From positions 160,001 to 224,000 of the forward strand of contig JBGAML010000006.1 in NCBI GenBank assembly GCA_044223005.1: a stretch of DNA of 64,000 bases, read 5' to 3'. Within the stretch, counting starts at the first letter, position 1; the number at the start of each line of letters is the position of its first letter. Both the position numbers and the translations under genes were made by a program. This document shows, piece after piece, positions 1-8,169 of the stretch. Origin of the DNA: Candidatus Eiseniibacteriota bacterium. GTDB lineage: Bacteria > Eisenbacteria > RBG-16-71-46. The notes under the pieces were generated by a model. It did not search any database. It worked only from the letters and a program-made list of their open reading frames with translations, and was not told where the DNA came from.

Positions 1-2
1 CG

Positions 3-245
3 TGCCTCACCGCCGGCGCGCCGTGGGTGGTGAGTGCCGCGCGCGGGCCGGAGCCCGCGCTGGTGGTCGCGCGCGCGAAGGCCGCCCCCGGCGACCTGCG
101 CACGCTGCTGCCCGCCCTGCTCGAACTCGCCGGCGGTCGCGGCGGCGGCAGCCCCGACCAGGTGCAGCTCTCCGCGGCCTCCGCCGCACAGGCGGAAGCG
201 GCGTTCGCGCACGCGGCGGCCGCGCTGCCCACGCTCGGCGCCTGA
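3..245 (+). CDS. C-terminal fragment of an alanyl-tRNA editing (AlaX-L/AlaRS-like) protein with a DHHA1 domain; partial, runs off the left edge
   Basis: The frame is open from base 3 to TGA 243-245 and ends ...LLELAGGRGGGSPDQVQ..., the GGRGGG signature of DHHA1. Confidence 0.6.
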   Translation, partial: CLTAGAPWVVSAARGPEPALVVARAKAAPGDLRTLLPALLELAGGRGGGSPDQVQLSAASAAQAEAAFAHAAAALPTLGA

Positions 246-252
246 ACGCGAA

Positions 253-276
253 GGGCCCGCGGTTTCCCGCGGGCCC
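253..276. terminator. GC hairpin between convergent genes
   Basis: Perfect 10-bp stem GGGCCCGCGG-TTTC-CCGCGGGCCC; minus-strand tail TTCGCGTTC. Confidence 0.65.
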
Positions 277-300
277 CGGCGCGACCTCGTCGCTGCGAGG

Positions 301-1758
301 CTATTTCTTGTTGCGAGCCGGCGCGGGAACCGCGCGCGCCGCCACCAGCGGCTTCTTGATCGCGGGCTTCGGCTTGGCGATGGGCTTGAGCTTCACCGAG
401 ATGCCCTTCGGCTTCACCGTCGCCTTGACCGGCGCCGCGGCCGCGGGCTTGGGCCTCGCGGGCGGCGCGGGCGCCGGGCGCGAACCCGGCTTGGGGCTCC
501 CGGACGACGTGGCGGCGGGACGCGAGGGCGAGCTCGCGCGCGCGGCCGCGTACGGCATGCGCGAAAGCGCGGCGGCCCGCCGGCGCGGACGGTCGTCGTC
601 GAAGATCACGCTCTGCTGCGTCTGGTCCGGCCGCAGCTTGTAGTCGAAGTCCGGCAGCAGCACGCGCGGGATCGCGCGGCCCACGAAGCGCTCGATCGCC
701 GCCAGGTGGCGCTGCTCCTCGGGGGCCATGAGCGTGAACGCGTCGCCCGTCGCATCGGGCCGGCCGGCGCGGCCGATCCGGTACACGTAATCCTCGGGCG
801 TGGGCGGGACGTCGAAGTTGACCACGTGCGCGACGCCGACCAGTTCGAGCCCGCGGGCCGCGAGGTCGGTCGTGACCACGATCTGCAGGCGGCCGCGCTT
901 CAGGTCCTCCATGGCGCGCTCGCGCTCGGTCTGGCTCTTGCGCTCGTGCAGGGTGGCGACGGCGTACTTGAGCCGCTCCAGCTGGCGCGCGAGCCGGTCG
1001 GCGCCTTCGCGCTGGCGGGTGAACACGATCGTGCTGCGCACTTCGCCCGAGCGCGACAGCAGCCGGTCGAGCAGCGTGATCTTGAGGTGCTTGGGCACCG
1101 GGTAGATCGCGTGCGTGATGCCGGTGCTGGGCTGCGGCGTGGTGAGGTCCACGCGCACGGGCTCGATCAGCGCCTCCTTGGCGAGGCGATTGAGCTCGGC
1201 GGGCATGGTGGCCGAGAAGAGCAGCGTCTGGCGCGTCTCGGGCAGGAGCTTCAAGAGCTTGCGGATGTCGGTGGCCTGGCCCATGTCGACCATGCGGTCG
1301 GCCTCGTCCAGCACCAGGATCTCGACGTCCTCGAACGCGATCGCCTTGCGCTCGAACAGTTCGAGCACGCGGTCCACGGTGGCGATCAGCACGTCGACGC
1401 CGGGTTCGCGCAGCAGCTTCTCCTGCACCGCGATCGGGGCGCCCGCGTGGGAGATGCCCACGCGCAGTTCGGTGAAGCGCGCGAAGTCGCGCGCGTGCGT
1501 CTCGACCTGCGTCGCGTGCTCGCGCGTGGGCGTCAGCACCAGCGCGCGCAGCTTCTGCGGGCCGTCGAGCAGTCGAGCGAAGCCGGGCAGCAGGAAGGCG
1601 CCCGTCTTGCCCGAGCCGCTCGGGGCGTTGCCGATCAGGTCGTTGCCCTGGAGGATCACCGGGATCGCCTTGCTCTGGATCGCGGTGGGTTCGTTCCAGC
1701 CGGCGGCACGCACGGCCTGGACGAGCGGCGCGGGCAGCCCCAGCGTATTGAACATCAT
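301..1758 (-). CDS. DEAD-box RNA helicase (RhlE-like) with divergent motifs and a basic C-terminal tail
   Basis: Q motif GWNEPTAIQ, SGSGKT, PTRE, DEAD, SAT, ARGL, RIGRAGR. Start placed at MMFNTLGL (ATG 1758 or 1755). Confidence 0.9.
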   Translation of the reverse strand: MMFNTLGLPAPLVQAVRAAGWNEPTAIQSKAIPVILQGNDLIGNAPSGSGKTGAFLLPGFARLLDGPQKLRALVLTPTREHATQVETHARDFARFTELRVGISHAGAPIAVQEKLLREPGVDVLIATVDRVLELFERKAIAFEDVEILVLDEADRMVDMGQATDIRKLLKLLPETRQTLLFSATMPAELNRLAKEALIEPVRVDLTTPQPSTGITHAIYPVPKHLKITLLDRLLSRSGEVRSTIVFTRQREGADRLARQLERLKYAVATLHERKSQTERERAMEDLKRGRLQIVVTTDLAARGLELVGVAHVVNFDVPPTPEDYVYRIGRAGRPDATGDAFTLMAPEEQRHLAAIERFVGRAIPRVLLPDFDYKLRPDQTQQSVIFDDDRPRRRAAALSRMPYAAARASSPSRPAATSSGSPKPGSRPAPAPPARPKPAAAAPVKATVKPKGISVKLKPIAKPKPAIKKPLVAARAVPAPARNKK

Positions 1759-1936
1759 GGGTTCGGACTCCAGCGTTGCAGGAACGGCGCGCCGAGGGGA
1801 GGCGTGGGCGACCGTCCCGGGTATGGTGTGGTGAACACCGTAAGGTACGGGTGCGCGCCCCGGCGGTTCAATATGAAAAGGTGAGAATCGCACCCCGCCG
1901 CCGTTTCCGGCGTGCTCCGGCGGGAGTTTCGCCCGA

Positions 1937-2812
1937 TTACCGGCGCATTCCGGGCGTTTTGGCGGGGTCGCCGGGATCCCGGCGGTGCTGGCAGGCGGGG
2001 CAGAAGAACGTCGATCGGCCCGCCTGCACGATGCGCTTCACCGGCGCGCCGCACCGCCGGCAGGGCTGGCCGGCGCGGTCGTAGACGAGCAGCTGGTCGC
2101 CGTACTGGCCCGGCTCGTTCCAGATCGTGCGGTAGGTGCTGAACGTGGTGCCCATGCGCGCGATCGAGGCGTCGAGCACGCGCGGGATGTGGTCCGCGAT
2201 GCGCGCCCACTGCGCGTGCGTCAACGCGCCGGCGCGCGCGCGCGGATCGACCGCGGCGAGGTGCAGCACCTCGCTGACGTAGATGTTGCCGAGCCCCGCG
2301 ATGCGGCGCTGGTCGAGCAGGAACGCCTTGGCGCTCGTGCGCGCGCCGCGCGCGAGCGCGCGCAGTCCGTCCGCGGTGGGCGGCGCGACGAGCGGATCCG
2401 GGCCGAGCCGCTCGAGCGACGCGTCGCGCGCGAGCGCCGGCGTGGGCACGACGCGCAGCATGCCGAAGCGCCGCACGTCCTGGTACCAGAGCCGCGCACC
2501 GTCCGTGAGTTCGAGCCGCAGGTGCACGTGCGGCAGCGCTTCGTCCGCGGGCGTGCCCGCGGGCCAGAAGAGCCACCGGCCGCTCATGCCGAGGTGCGAG
2601 AGCAGCGTGAGCTCCGCGTCGAGATCGAGCAGGAGGAACTTGCCCATCCGTCGCGGCTCCGCGAACGCCCGGCCCGTGAGCTTCGCGGGCAGGCTCGCGA
2701 GCGACGCCGTGCGCAGGCGCGACCGTGACACGGTCGCGTGCGCGATGCGCCGCCCGGGCACGTGCGCGGCGAGCATGCGCCGCACGGTCTCGACTTCCGG
2801 TAGCTCCGGCAT
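1937..2812 (-). CDS. mutM: Formamidopyrimidine-DNA glycosylase
   Basis: N-terminal MPELPEVE, HLGMSG, GLGNIY, and C-terminal zinc finger CRRC...CPAC. Confidence 0.97.
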   Translation of the reverse strand: MPELPEVETVRRMLAAHVPGRRIAHATVSRSRLRTASLASLPAKLTGRAFAEPRRMGKFLLLDLDAELTLLSHLGMSGRWLFWPAGTPADEALPHVHLRLELTDGARLWYQDVRRFGMLRVVPTPALARDASLERLGPDPLVAPPTADGLRALARGARTSAKAFLLDQRRIAGLGNIYVSEVLHLAAVDPRARAGALTHAQWARIADHIPRVLDASIARMGTTFSTYRTIWNEPGQYGDQLLVYDRAGQPCRRCGAPVKRIVQAGRSTFFCPACQHRRDPGDPAKTPGMRR

Positions 2813-2941
2813 GCGGGGCAGCCTCGACGCAACTCAGCGGGCCGTCAACCGGGGCCGCGGAGGGGAAGAATGCAGTTGGCGCCCACGCGAATGGCGTGTC
2901 ATCCTGCGCCGGACCGCCAACACGGCCACCCCGGGGACGAC

Positions 2942-3877
2942 ATGGACGATCGCGCCCGATTCGAGGAGTTCGCGAAGCTCGCGACCGAGCAGCGGAACCC
3001 GAAGACGATGGACCTCGACACGCTCGACGTGCCGGAACTCCTCGCGCGCATCAATGCCGAGGACCGCACGGTCCCCGACGCGGTCGCGGCCGAGCTGCCG
3101 TACATCGCCACGGCCGTCGACATGGCCGTCGCGTCGTTCCGCGCGGGCGGGCGGCTCGTCTACGTCGGTGCCGGCACCAGCGGCCGCCTGGGCGTGCTCG
3201 ACGCGTCGGAGTGCCCGCCGACGTTCGGCTCGGATCCGGACATGGTCGTGGGCGTGATCGCGGGGGGCTACGCCGCCGTCGTGCGCGCGGTCGAAGGGGC
3301 CGAGGACCGGCAGGACGAAGGCGTCCGCGCGATGGACGAGCTCGAGATCGCGCCCGAGGACACGGTGGTCGGGCTCGCGGCCAGCGGCCGCACGCCGTAC
3401 GTGGTCGCGGCGATCGAGCGGGCGCACGCGCGCGGCGCGCGCACGGTCTACGTCTGCTGCACGCCGCGGGCGGAACTGCGCGTGCCGGCGGACGTCGCGA
3501 TCTGTCCGCAGGTCGGCCCCGAGGTGCTCATGGGTTCGACGCGCATGAAGGCGGGGACGGCGCAGAAGCTGGTGCTCAACATGATCTCGACGGCGGCGTT
3601 CGTGCGCTCGGGCAAGGCGTACGAGAACATGATGGTCGACCTCATGGCGAACAGCCAGAAGCTGGTCGAGCGCGGCCGCCGCACGGTGATGACCGTCACC
3701 GGCGTGCCGTACGAGCAGGCGGCCAAGGCGCTCGACGCGGCGGGCCGCAGCGTCAAGACCGCGATCGTGATGCTGCGGCGGGGCTGCTCGCGCGACGTCG
3801 CCGAGGCCCTGCTGCAGCGCACCGGCGGCTTCGTGCGGCGGGCGATCGAGGCCGCACCGGAGGACGCCGGAGCGTGA
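2942..3877 (+). CDS. murQ: N-acetylmuramic acid 6-phosphate etherase
   Basis: TEQRNP, GAGTSGRLGVLDASECPPTF, GPEVLMGSTRMKAGTAQKLVLNMIST. Confidence 0.97.
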   Translation: MDDRARFEEFAKLATEQRNPKTMDLDTLDVPELLARINAEDRTVPDAVAAELPYIATAVDMAVASFRAGGRLVYVGAGTSGRLGVLDASECPPTFGSDPDMVVGVIAGGYAAVVRAVEGAEDRQDEGVRAMDELEIAPEDTVVGLAASGRTPYVVAAIERAHARGARTVYVCCTPRAELRVPADVAICPQVGPEVLMGSTRMKAGTAQKLVLNMISTAAFVRSGKAYENMMVDLMANSQKLVERGRRTVMTVTGVPYEQAAKALDAAGRSVKTAIVMLRRGCSRDVAEALLQRTGGFVRRAIEAAPEDAGA

Positions 3878-5106
3878 AGCGGAGCGTCCTCGTCCTGGCG
3901 CTGCTCGCCGCGGCGCTCGCGCCCGCGTGCACGCCGCGCGCCCCGAAGCGGCAGGAGGTGGTGTTCTGGCACCACGAGGACGCCGCGGCCGTCGCCGCGG
4001 CCGCGCGCGCGTTCGAGGCCGCGACGCCGGGCGTGGTCGTGACGACCCGCCGGTTCGCGCCCGAGACGTACGCGGACTCGCTCCGCGCCGCGCTCGCCGC
4101 GGGCCGGGTGCCGGATCTCTGCGAACTCGGCGCCGCGGACGCGGAAGCGTTCCTGCGCGCGGGCCAGCTGTCCGACTGGAGCGCGGGCGTCGCCGACCTG
4201 CGCGATTCGCTGCGCGGCTGGCCGCTCGCGATGGTGGGCGACGCGATCTACGGCCTGCCGTGGCTGCTCGAGCCGCAGGTGCTGCTCGCCGATCGCGACC
4301 TGCTCGCGCGCGCGAAGGTCGCCGGCGGCCGTCCGCCGCGCACGTGGAGCGAACTCGCCGCCGCCGCCGCGCGCATCCACCGGCTCGGGCGTGGGATCGA
4401 CGGCTACGCGATCGCGCTCGACGATTCGGGCAGCGTCGTGCCGGCGTTCCTCGTGACGGCGTGGGGACACGGTGGTGGCGTCCTCTCGGCCGGGCTCGAC
4501 TCCTCGCAGATCGAGTCGCCGCAGAATGCGCAGGCGCTCGCGCTGCTCGCGAAACTGCGCGCCTCCGGCCGGCCGCGGACGGCCGGAGAGCTGCGCGACG
4601 GCTTCGCGCGCGGCACGCTGGGACTGGCGATCGCCGGCGCCGGGCTGCGCGCCGCGCTGCCGAAGGAGGCGCGCGCGCGGGTCGTGCTGGCGCCCGTGCC
4701 GGCAGCGGCGACGGGCGAGGGACCGGGCGCGACGCTCGCGACCGGCGAACTGCTCGCCAGCTTCTCGGCGTCACGCCGCAAGGAGGACGCGCTGCGGCTC
4801 GCGCGCTTCCTCGTGCACTTCGACCGCGCGCGGGCCGTGTCGGCGACGACGCCGGCGATGCAGCCCTCGGCGATCATGACCCCGGGCCTCGCGGCGCCGC
4901 GCGGACCGGACGCGATCCTGCTCGCGAACCAACTCGCGACCGCGCGCTACGTGCCGCGCAGCCGCGAATGGCCCGCGATCGCCCGCGCGCTCGACGCGTC
5001 GGTCCGCGACGCGATCGAGGGCCGCGCCAGCGCGGCGGAGGCGATCGGGTTCGCGTCGGCGGCGCTCGACTCGCTGCTGCCGGGCGGGCGGAGGCGGGCA
5101 CCGTGA
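3874..5106 (+). CDS. Sugar-family extracellular solute-binding lipoprotein (ABC type)
   Basis: GTG overlaps the murQ stop (GTGA). Signal peptide with lipobox-like LAPAC, VVFWH, IYGLPW, PPRTWSEL and ALRLARFL, typical of family 1 SBPs. Confidence 0.8.
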   Translation: MKRSVLVLALLAAALAPACTPRAPKRQEVVFWHHEDAAAVAAAARAFEAATPGVVVTTRRFAPETYADSLRAALAAGRVPDLCELGAADAEAFLRAGQLSDWSAGVADLRDSLRGWPLAMVGDAIYGLPWLLEPQVLLADRDLLARAKVAGGRPPRTWSELAAAAARIHRLGRGIDGYAIALDDSGSVVPAFLVTAWGHGGGVLSAGLDSSQIESPQNAQALALLAKLRASGRPRTAGELRDGFARGTLGLAIAGAGLRAALPKEARARVVLAPVPAAATGEGPGATLATGELLASFSASRRKEDALRLARFLVHFDRARAVSATTPAMQPSAIMTPGLAAPRGPDAILLANQLATARYVPRSREWPAIARALDASVRDAIEGRASAAEAIGFASAALDSLLPGGRRRAP

Positions 5107-5170
5107 GCGGCGCGAGGGCGCCGCGCACGCGACGGACGGCGGGCCGCGGGAACGGGAGCGGAGGATGGCG

Positions 5171-6400
5171 ATGAACGCACGACGGGATCCGTGGTGGCCG
5201 CTCGGGCGGCCCGGAGCGAACGACGAACGCCTCGTGGTCGGGCTCATGACCGGCACGTCGGCCGACGCCGTGGACGCCGCGCTCGTCCAGTTCCGCGGCG
5301 CGGGACTCGCCGCGTCGCACCGCGTGCTCGCGTACCGCGAGAGCCCGCTCGACGATTCGCTCCGCCACGAGGTGCTCGAGGTGGCCGGAGCCGCGAGCCT
5401 GCCGCTCGAGCGGCTCATGCGGCTCGACGCGGCGCTCGGCGAGCGCTACGCGGAGGTCGTGCTCGACCTGCTGCGCAGCGCCGGCGTCGCGACGCGTGAC
5501 GTCGCGGCGATCGGCAGCCACGGGCAGACCGTGCGCCACGTGCCGCGCGGCGAGGGCGGCGGCCGCGCGCTGACGCTGCAGGTCGGCTCGGCCGCGGTGC
5601 TGGCCGAGCGCACCGGCATCGCGGTCGTCTCGGGTTTCCGCACGCGCGACACCGCGGCGGGCGGCGAGGGCGCGCCCCTGGTGCCCGTCGCCGACTGGTG
5701 GCTGTTCCGCTCCGAGCAGGAGTCGCGTGCGCTCTTGAACCTGGGCGGCATGGCCAACGTGACCTGGCTGCCGCGCGCGGGCGCGCTCGCCGACGTGATC
5801 GCGTTCGACACCGGCCCCGGCAACTCCGTGCTCGACGGTCTCGTGGGCGAGGCGACCGGCGGCCTCGCGCGGCGCGACGAGGGCGGCCAGCTCGCGGCGC
5901 GCGGGCACGTGCACGACGTGCTGCTCTCGGAGCTGCTCGCCGACCCGTTCTTCCGCACGCCACCGCCGCGCTCGACCGGGCGCGAGCGTTTCGGCCACGT
6001 CTACGTCACGCGCCTGCGCGAGATCGGCGAGCAGCTCGGGCTGAACCTCGAGGACACGCTCGCGACCGCCGTCGAGCTGACGGCCCGCACCGTCGCCGAC
6101 GCGCTCAACGAGTTCGTGCGTCCGCGCGGCCCGATCGACGCTGTCTACGTGAGCGGCGGGGGCGTGCGCAACGCGACGCTCATGGTGGCGCTGCGGCGCC
6201 AGCTGGGCGACGTGCGCGTGGAGCGCCTGGACGCCCTCGGCGTGGAGCCCGACGCCAAGGAAGCGCTCGCGTTCGCACTGCTCGCGCACCTGACGCTCTG
6301 TGGCGAGCCGGGCAACGTGCCGGGCGCCACGGGCGCTCGCCACGCCGCCGTGCTCGGGCACGTGACCCCGGGAGAGATTCGTTCGGAGGAGATTCGATGA
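5171..6400 (+). CDS. anmK: Anhydro-N-acetylmuramic acid kinase
   Basis: GLMTGTSADAVD, GSHGQT, GGEGAPL, NLGGMAN, FDTGPGN, STGRE, KEA. SD GGAGG at 5160-5164 favours ATG 5171 (alternative 5165). Confidence 0.96.
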   Translation: MNARRDPWWPLGRPGANDERLVVGLMTGTSADAVDAALVQFRGAGLAASHRVLAYRESPLDDSLRHEVLEVAGAASLPLERLMRLDAALGERYAEVVLDLLRSAGVATRDVAAIGSHGQTVRHVPRGEGGGRALTLQVGSAAVLAERTGIAVVSGFRTRDTAAGGEGAPLVPVADWWLFRSEQESRALLNLGGMANVTWLPRAGALADVIAFDTGPGNSVLDGLVGEATGGLARRDEGGQLAARGHVHDVLLSELLADPFFRTPPPRSTGRERFGHVYVTRLREIGEQLGLNLEDTLATAVELTARTVADALNEFVRPRGPIDAVYVSGGGVRNATLMVALRRQLGDVRVERLDALGVEPDAKEALAFALLAHLTLCGEPGNVPGATGARHAAVLGHVTPGEIRSEEIR

Positions 6401-7776
6401 CGTTCCCCCGCATCCGCCTCGCTCTCGCCGCGCTGCTCCCCGCCGCATTCCTGCTCGCCTCGTGTGCGAGCGCGCCGGTGCCGCTGCCCGCGCCGGAAGC
6501 GCCGCCGGCCTCGACGGCACCGGCCCCGCCGCCGCCGCTCGCCGAGCTGCCGTCTCCGCCCGCGCCCTACCACCTGGACGGCGAGCCGCTCTTCGACATC
6601 GGGCTCGCGGTGGAAGCCGACTCGCTGGTGGTGCAGCCCGTCGCGAGCGCGCCGGTGAGTTGGCGCGACGTGGACGGCAGCACGCGAAACGAGACGGTCG
6701 CCGAACCGCTGCGCGTGCGCGTGTCGGGAGCGCAGATCCTCGTCGAGCCCGTGGGCCAGCCGCGCGCCGTGCCGCTCGCGGTGCTCACGACCGCCGACAC
6801 GCTCTGGATCGGTGAGACGCGGCTGCAGGCCGGCGACGATCCGGCGCTGCAGTGGAACGGCCATCGCTGGCGCGGGCGCTTCAAGGTGTTCGTCGGCCCG
6901 CGCGGCCGGCTGGCGCTGGCGACGCGCCTGCCGCTCGAGCGCTACCTGCTGGGTGTGCTGCCCGGCGAAATCGGCGCGCTGCGCGATTCGCTGCTCGAAG
7001 CAGGCCGCGCGCAGGCGATCGCCGCGCGCAGCTACTCGCTCTTCTACCGCGGCCGGCGCGGCGCGGAGGGCTTCGACCTCTATGCCACCGTCGAAGACCA
7101 GGTCTACGGCCCGGTCGACGCCGAGCGGCCGCTCGCGACCAAGTGCGTGGAGACGACGCGCGGCAGCGTGGCCATGTTCCAGGGCCAGCCGATCCGCGCG
7201 AACTACTGCTCCACCTGCGGCGGCATCACGGCCGACGTGTGGGAAGCGTGGCCGACCGACGAGCGCGCCTACCTGCGCAGCGTCGCCGATCGCGGCAAGG
7301 GCGACGCGGACTACTGTGCGAACTCGCCGCAGTACCGCTGGGTGGAGAGCTGGTCGCCCGCGCAGTTCCTCGCCAACCTCGCGAAGTACGCGCCCGCGCA
7401 GGGCGTGACGCTGCCGGCCGCGGGGCTCGGCGACCTGCAGGACGTGCGCGTCGAATCGCGTTCGCGCTCGGGCCGCGTGTGGTCGCTGCGCGTCGTCACG
7501 TCGACGGGGGAGGTGCGGATCCCTGCGTACTCGCTGCGCCAGGTCCTGCGCCGCACGGGCACCAACGCCTCGATCCTGCGCTCGAACCTGTTCAAGATCG
7601 CGGTGCGGCGCGATTCCGCGGGCCGCGTCTCGCAGGTGATCGCGAGCGGCGCGGGTTCCGGGCACGGCGTCGGGCTCTGCCAGACGGGCGCGCTCGCGAT
7701 GGCGCGCGGCGGCGCGAGCTCGAACGAGATCCTCGAGCACTACTACGCGGGGACGAAGCTCGCGAAGCTCTACTGA
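6397..7776 (+). CDS. SpoIID/LytB-domain lytic transglycosylase lipoprotein
   Basis: Lipobox LLASC; LERYLLGVLPGE, AQAIAARSY, DQVY, STCGG, GSGHGVGLCQTGA, ILEHYY. ATGA overlap with anmK. Confidence 0.92.
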   Translation: MTFPRIRLALAALLPAAFLLASCASAPVPLPAPEAPPASTAPAPPPPLAELPSPPAPYHLDGEPLFDIGLAVEADSLVVQPVASAPVSWRDVDGSTRNETVAEPLRVRVSGAQILVEPVGQPRAVPLAVLTTADTLWIGETRLQAGDDPALQWNGHRWRGRFKVFVGPRGRLALATRLPLERYLLGVLPGEIGALRDSLLEAGRAQAIAARSYSLFYRGRRGAEGFDLYATVEDQVYGPVDAERPLATKCVETTRGSVAMFQGQPIRANYCSTCGGITADVWEAWPTDERAYLRSVADRGKGDADYCANSPQYRWVESWSPAQFLANLAKYAPAQGVTLPAAGLGDLQDVRVESRSRSGRVWSLRVVTSTGEVRIPAYSLRQVLRRTGTNASILRSNLFKIAVRRDSAGRVSQVIASGAGSGHGVGLCQTGALAMARGGASSNEILEHYYAGTKLAKLY

Positions 7777-7827
7777 CGGGCGGCCCGACGCGGCTCCCGC
7801 GGGTCTCCCCGCGGGGGCCGCGCCGCT

Positions 7828-7856
7828 TTGACAGCGGCAGGCGGCCCGGATATCTT
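7828..7856 (+). promoter_or_regulatory. sigma70-type promoter of tRNA-Asp
   Basis: TTGACA-17 bp-TATCTT. Confidence 0.75.
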
Positions 7857-7898
7857 CCGCGGCCTTGGGTTGTGCGGGCCTGCCCGCACGGTCCGGGT

Positions 7899-7975
7899 GG
7901 GGTTGTAGTTCAGTTGGTTAGAACGCCTGCCTGTCACGCAGGAGGTCGCGGGTTCGAGTCCCGTCAACCCCGCCA
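7899..7975 (+). tRNA. tRNA-Asp (GTC)
   Basis: Cloverleaf with GGGGTTG/CAACCCC acceptor stem, anticodon loop CT-GTC-AC, GGTTCGAGTCC and encoded CCA. Confidence 0.98.
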
Positions 7976-8009
7976 TACTTAGCCTACTTCGCACCAAGCA
8001 CATAGCCGG

Positions 8010-8050
8010 CGCCCCTGCGGGTTACTGACCGTGGGGGCGTTTCCTGTCTT
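8010..8050 (+). terminator. Probable intrinsic terminator after tRNA-Asp
   Basis: CGCCCCTGCGG...CCGTGGGGGCG 11-bp stem (two G.U pairs) followed by TTTCCTGTCTT. Confidence 0.6.
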
Positions 8051-8169
8051 GGGGTGATTGCGGCTGGGGCGAGCACTCGATGCACGCGTTCGCCGACGGC
8101 CGATGGCGATTGCCTCATTCGCCTGTAGGCTGGTGACGAAATGGACCCCTCTCGGCGAAGTTCATCGGC

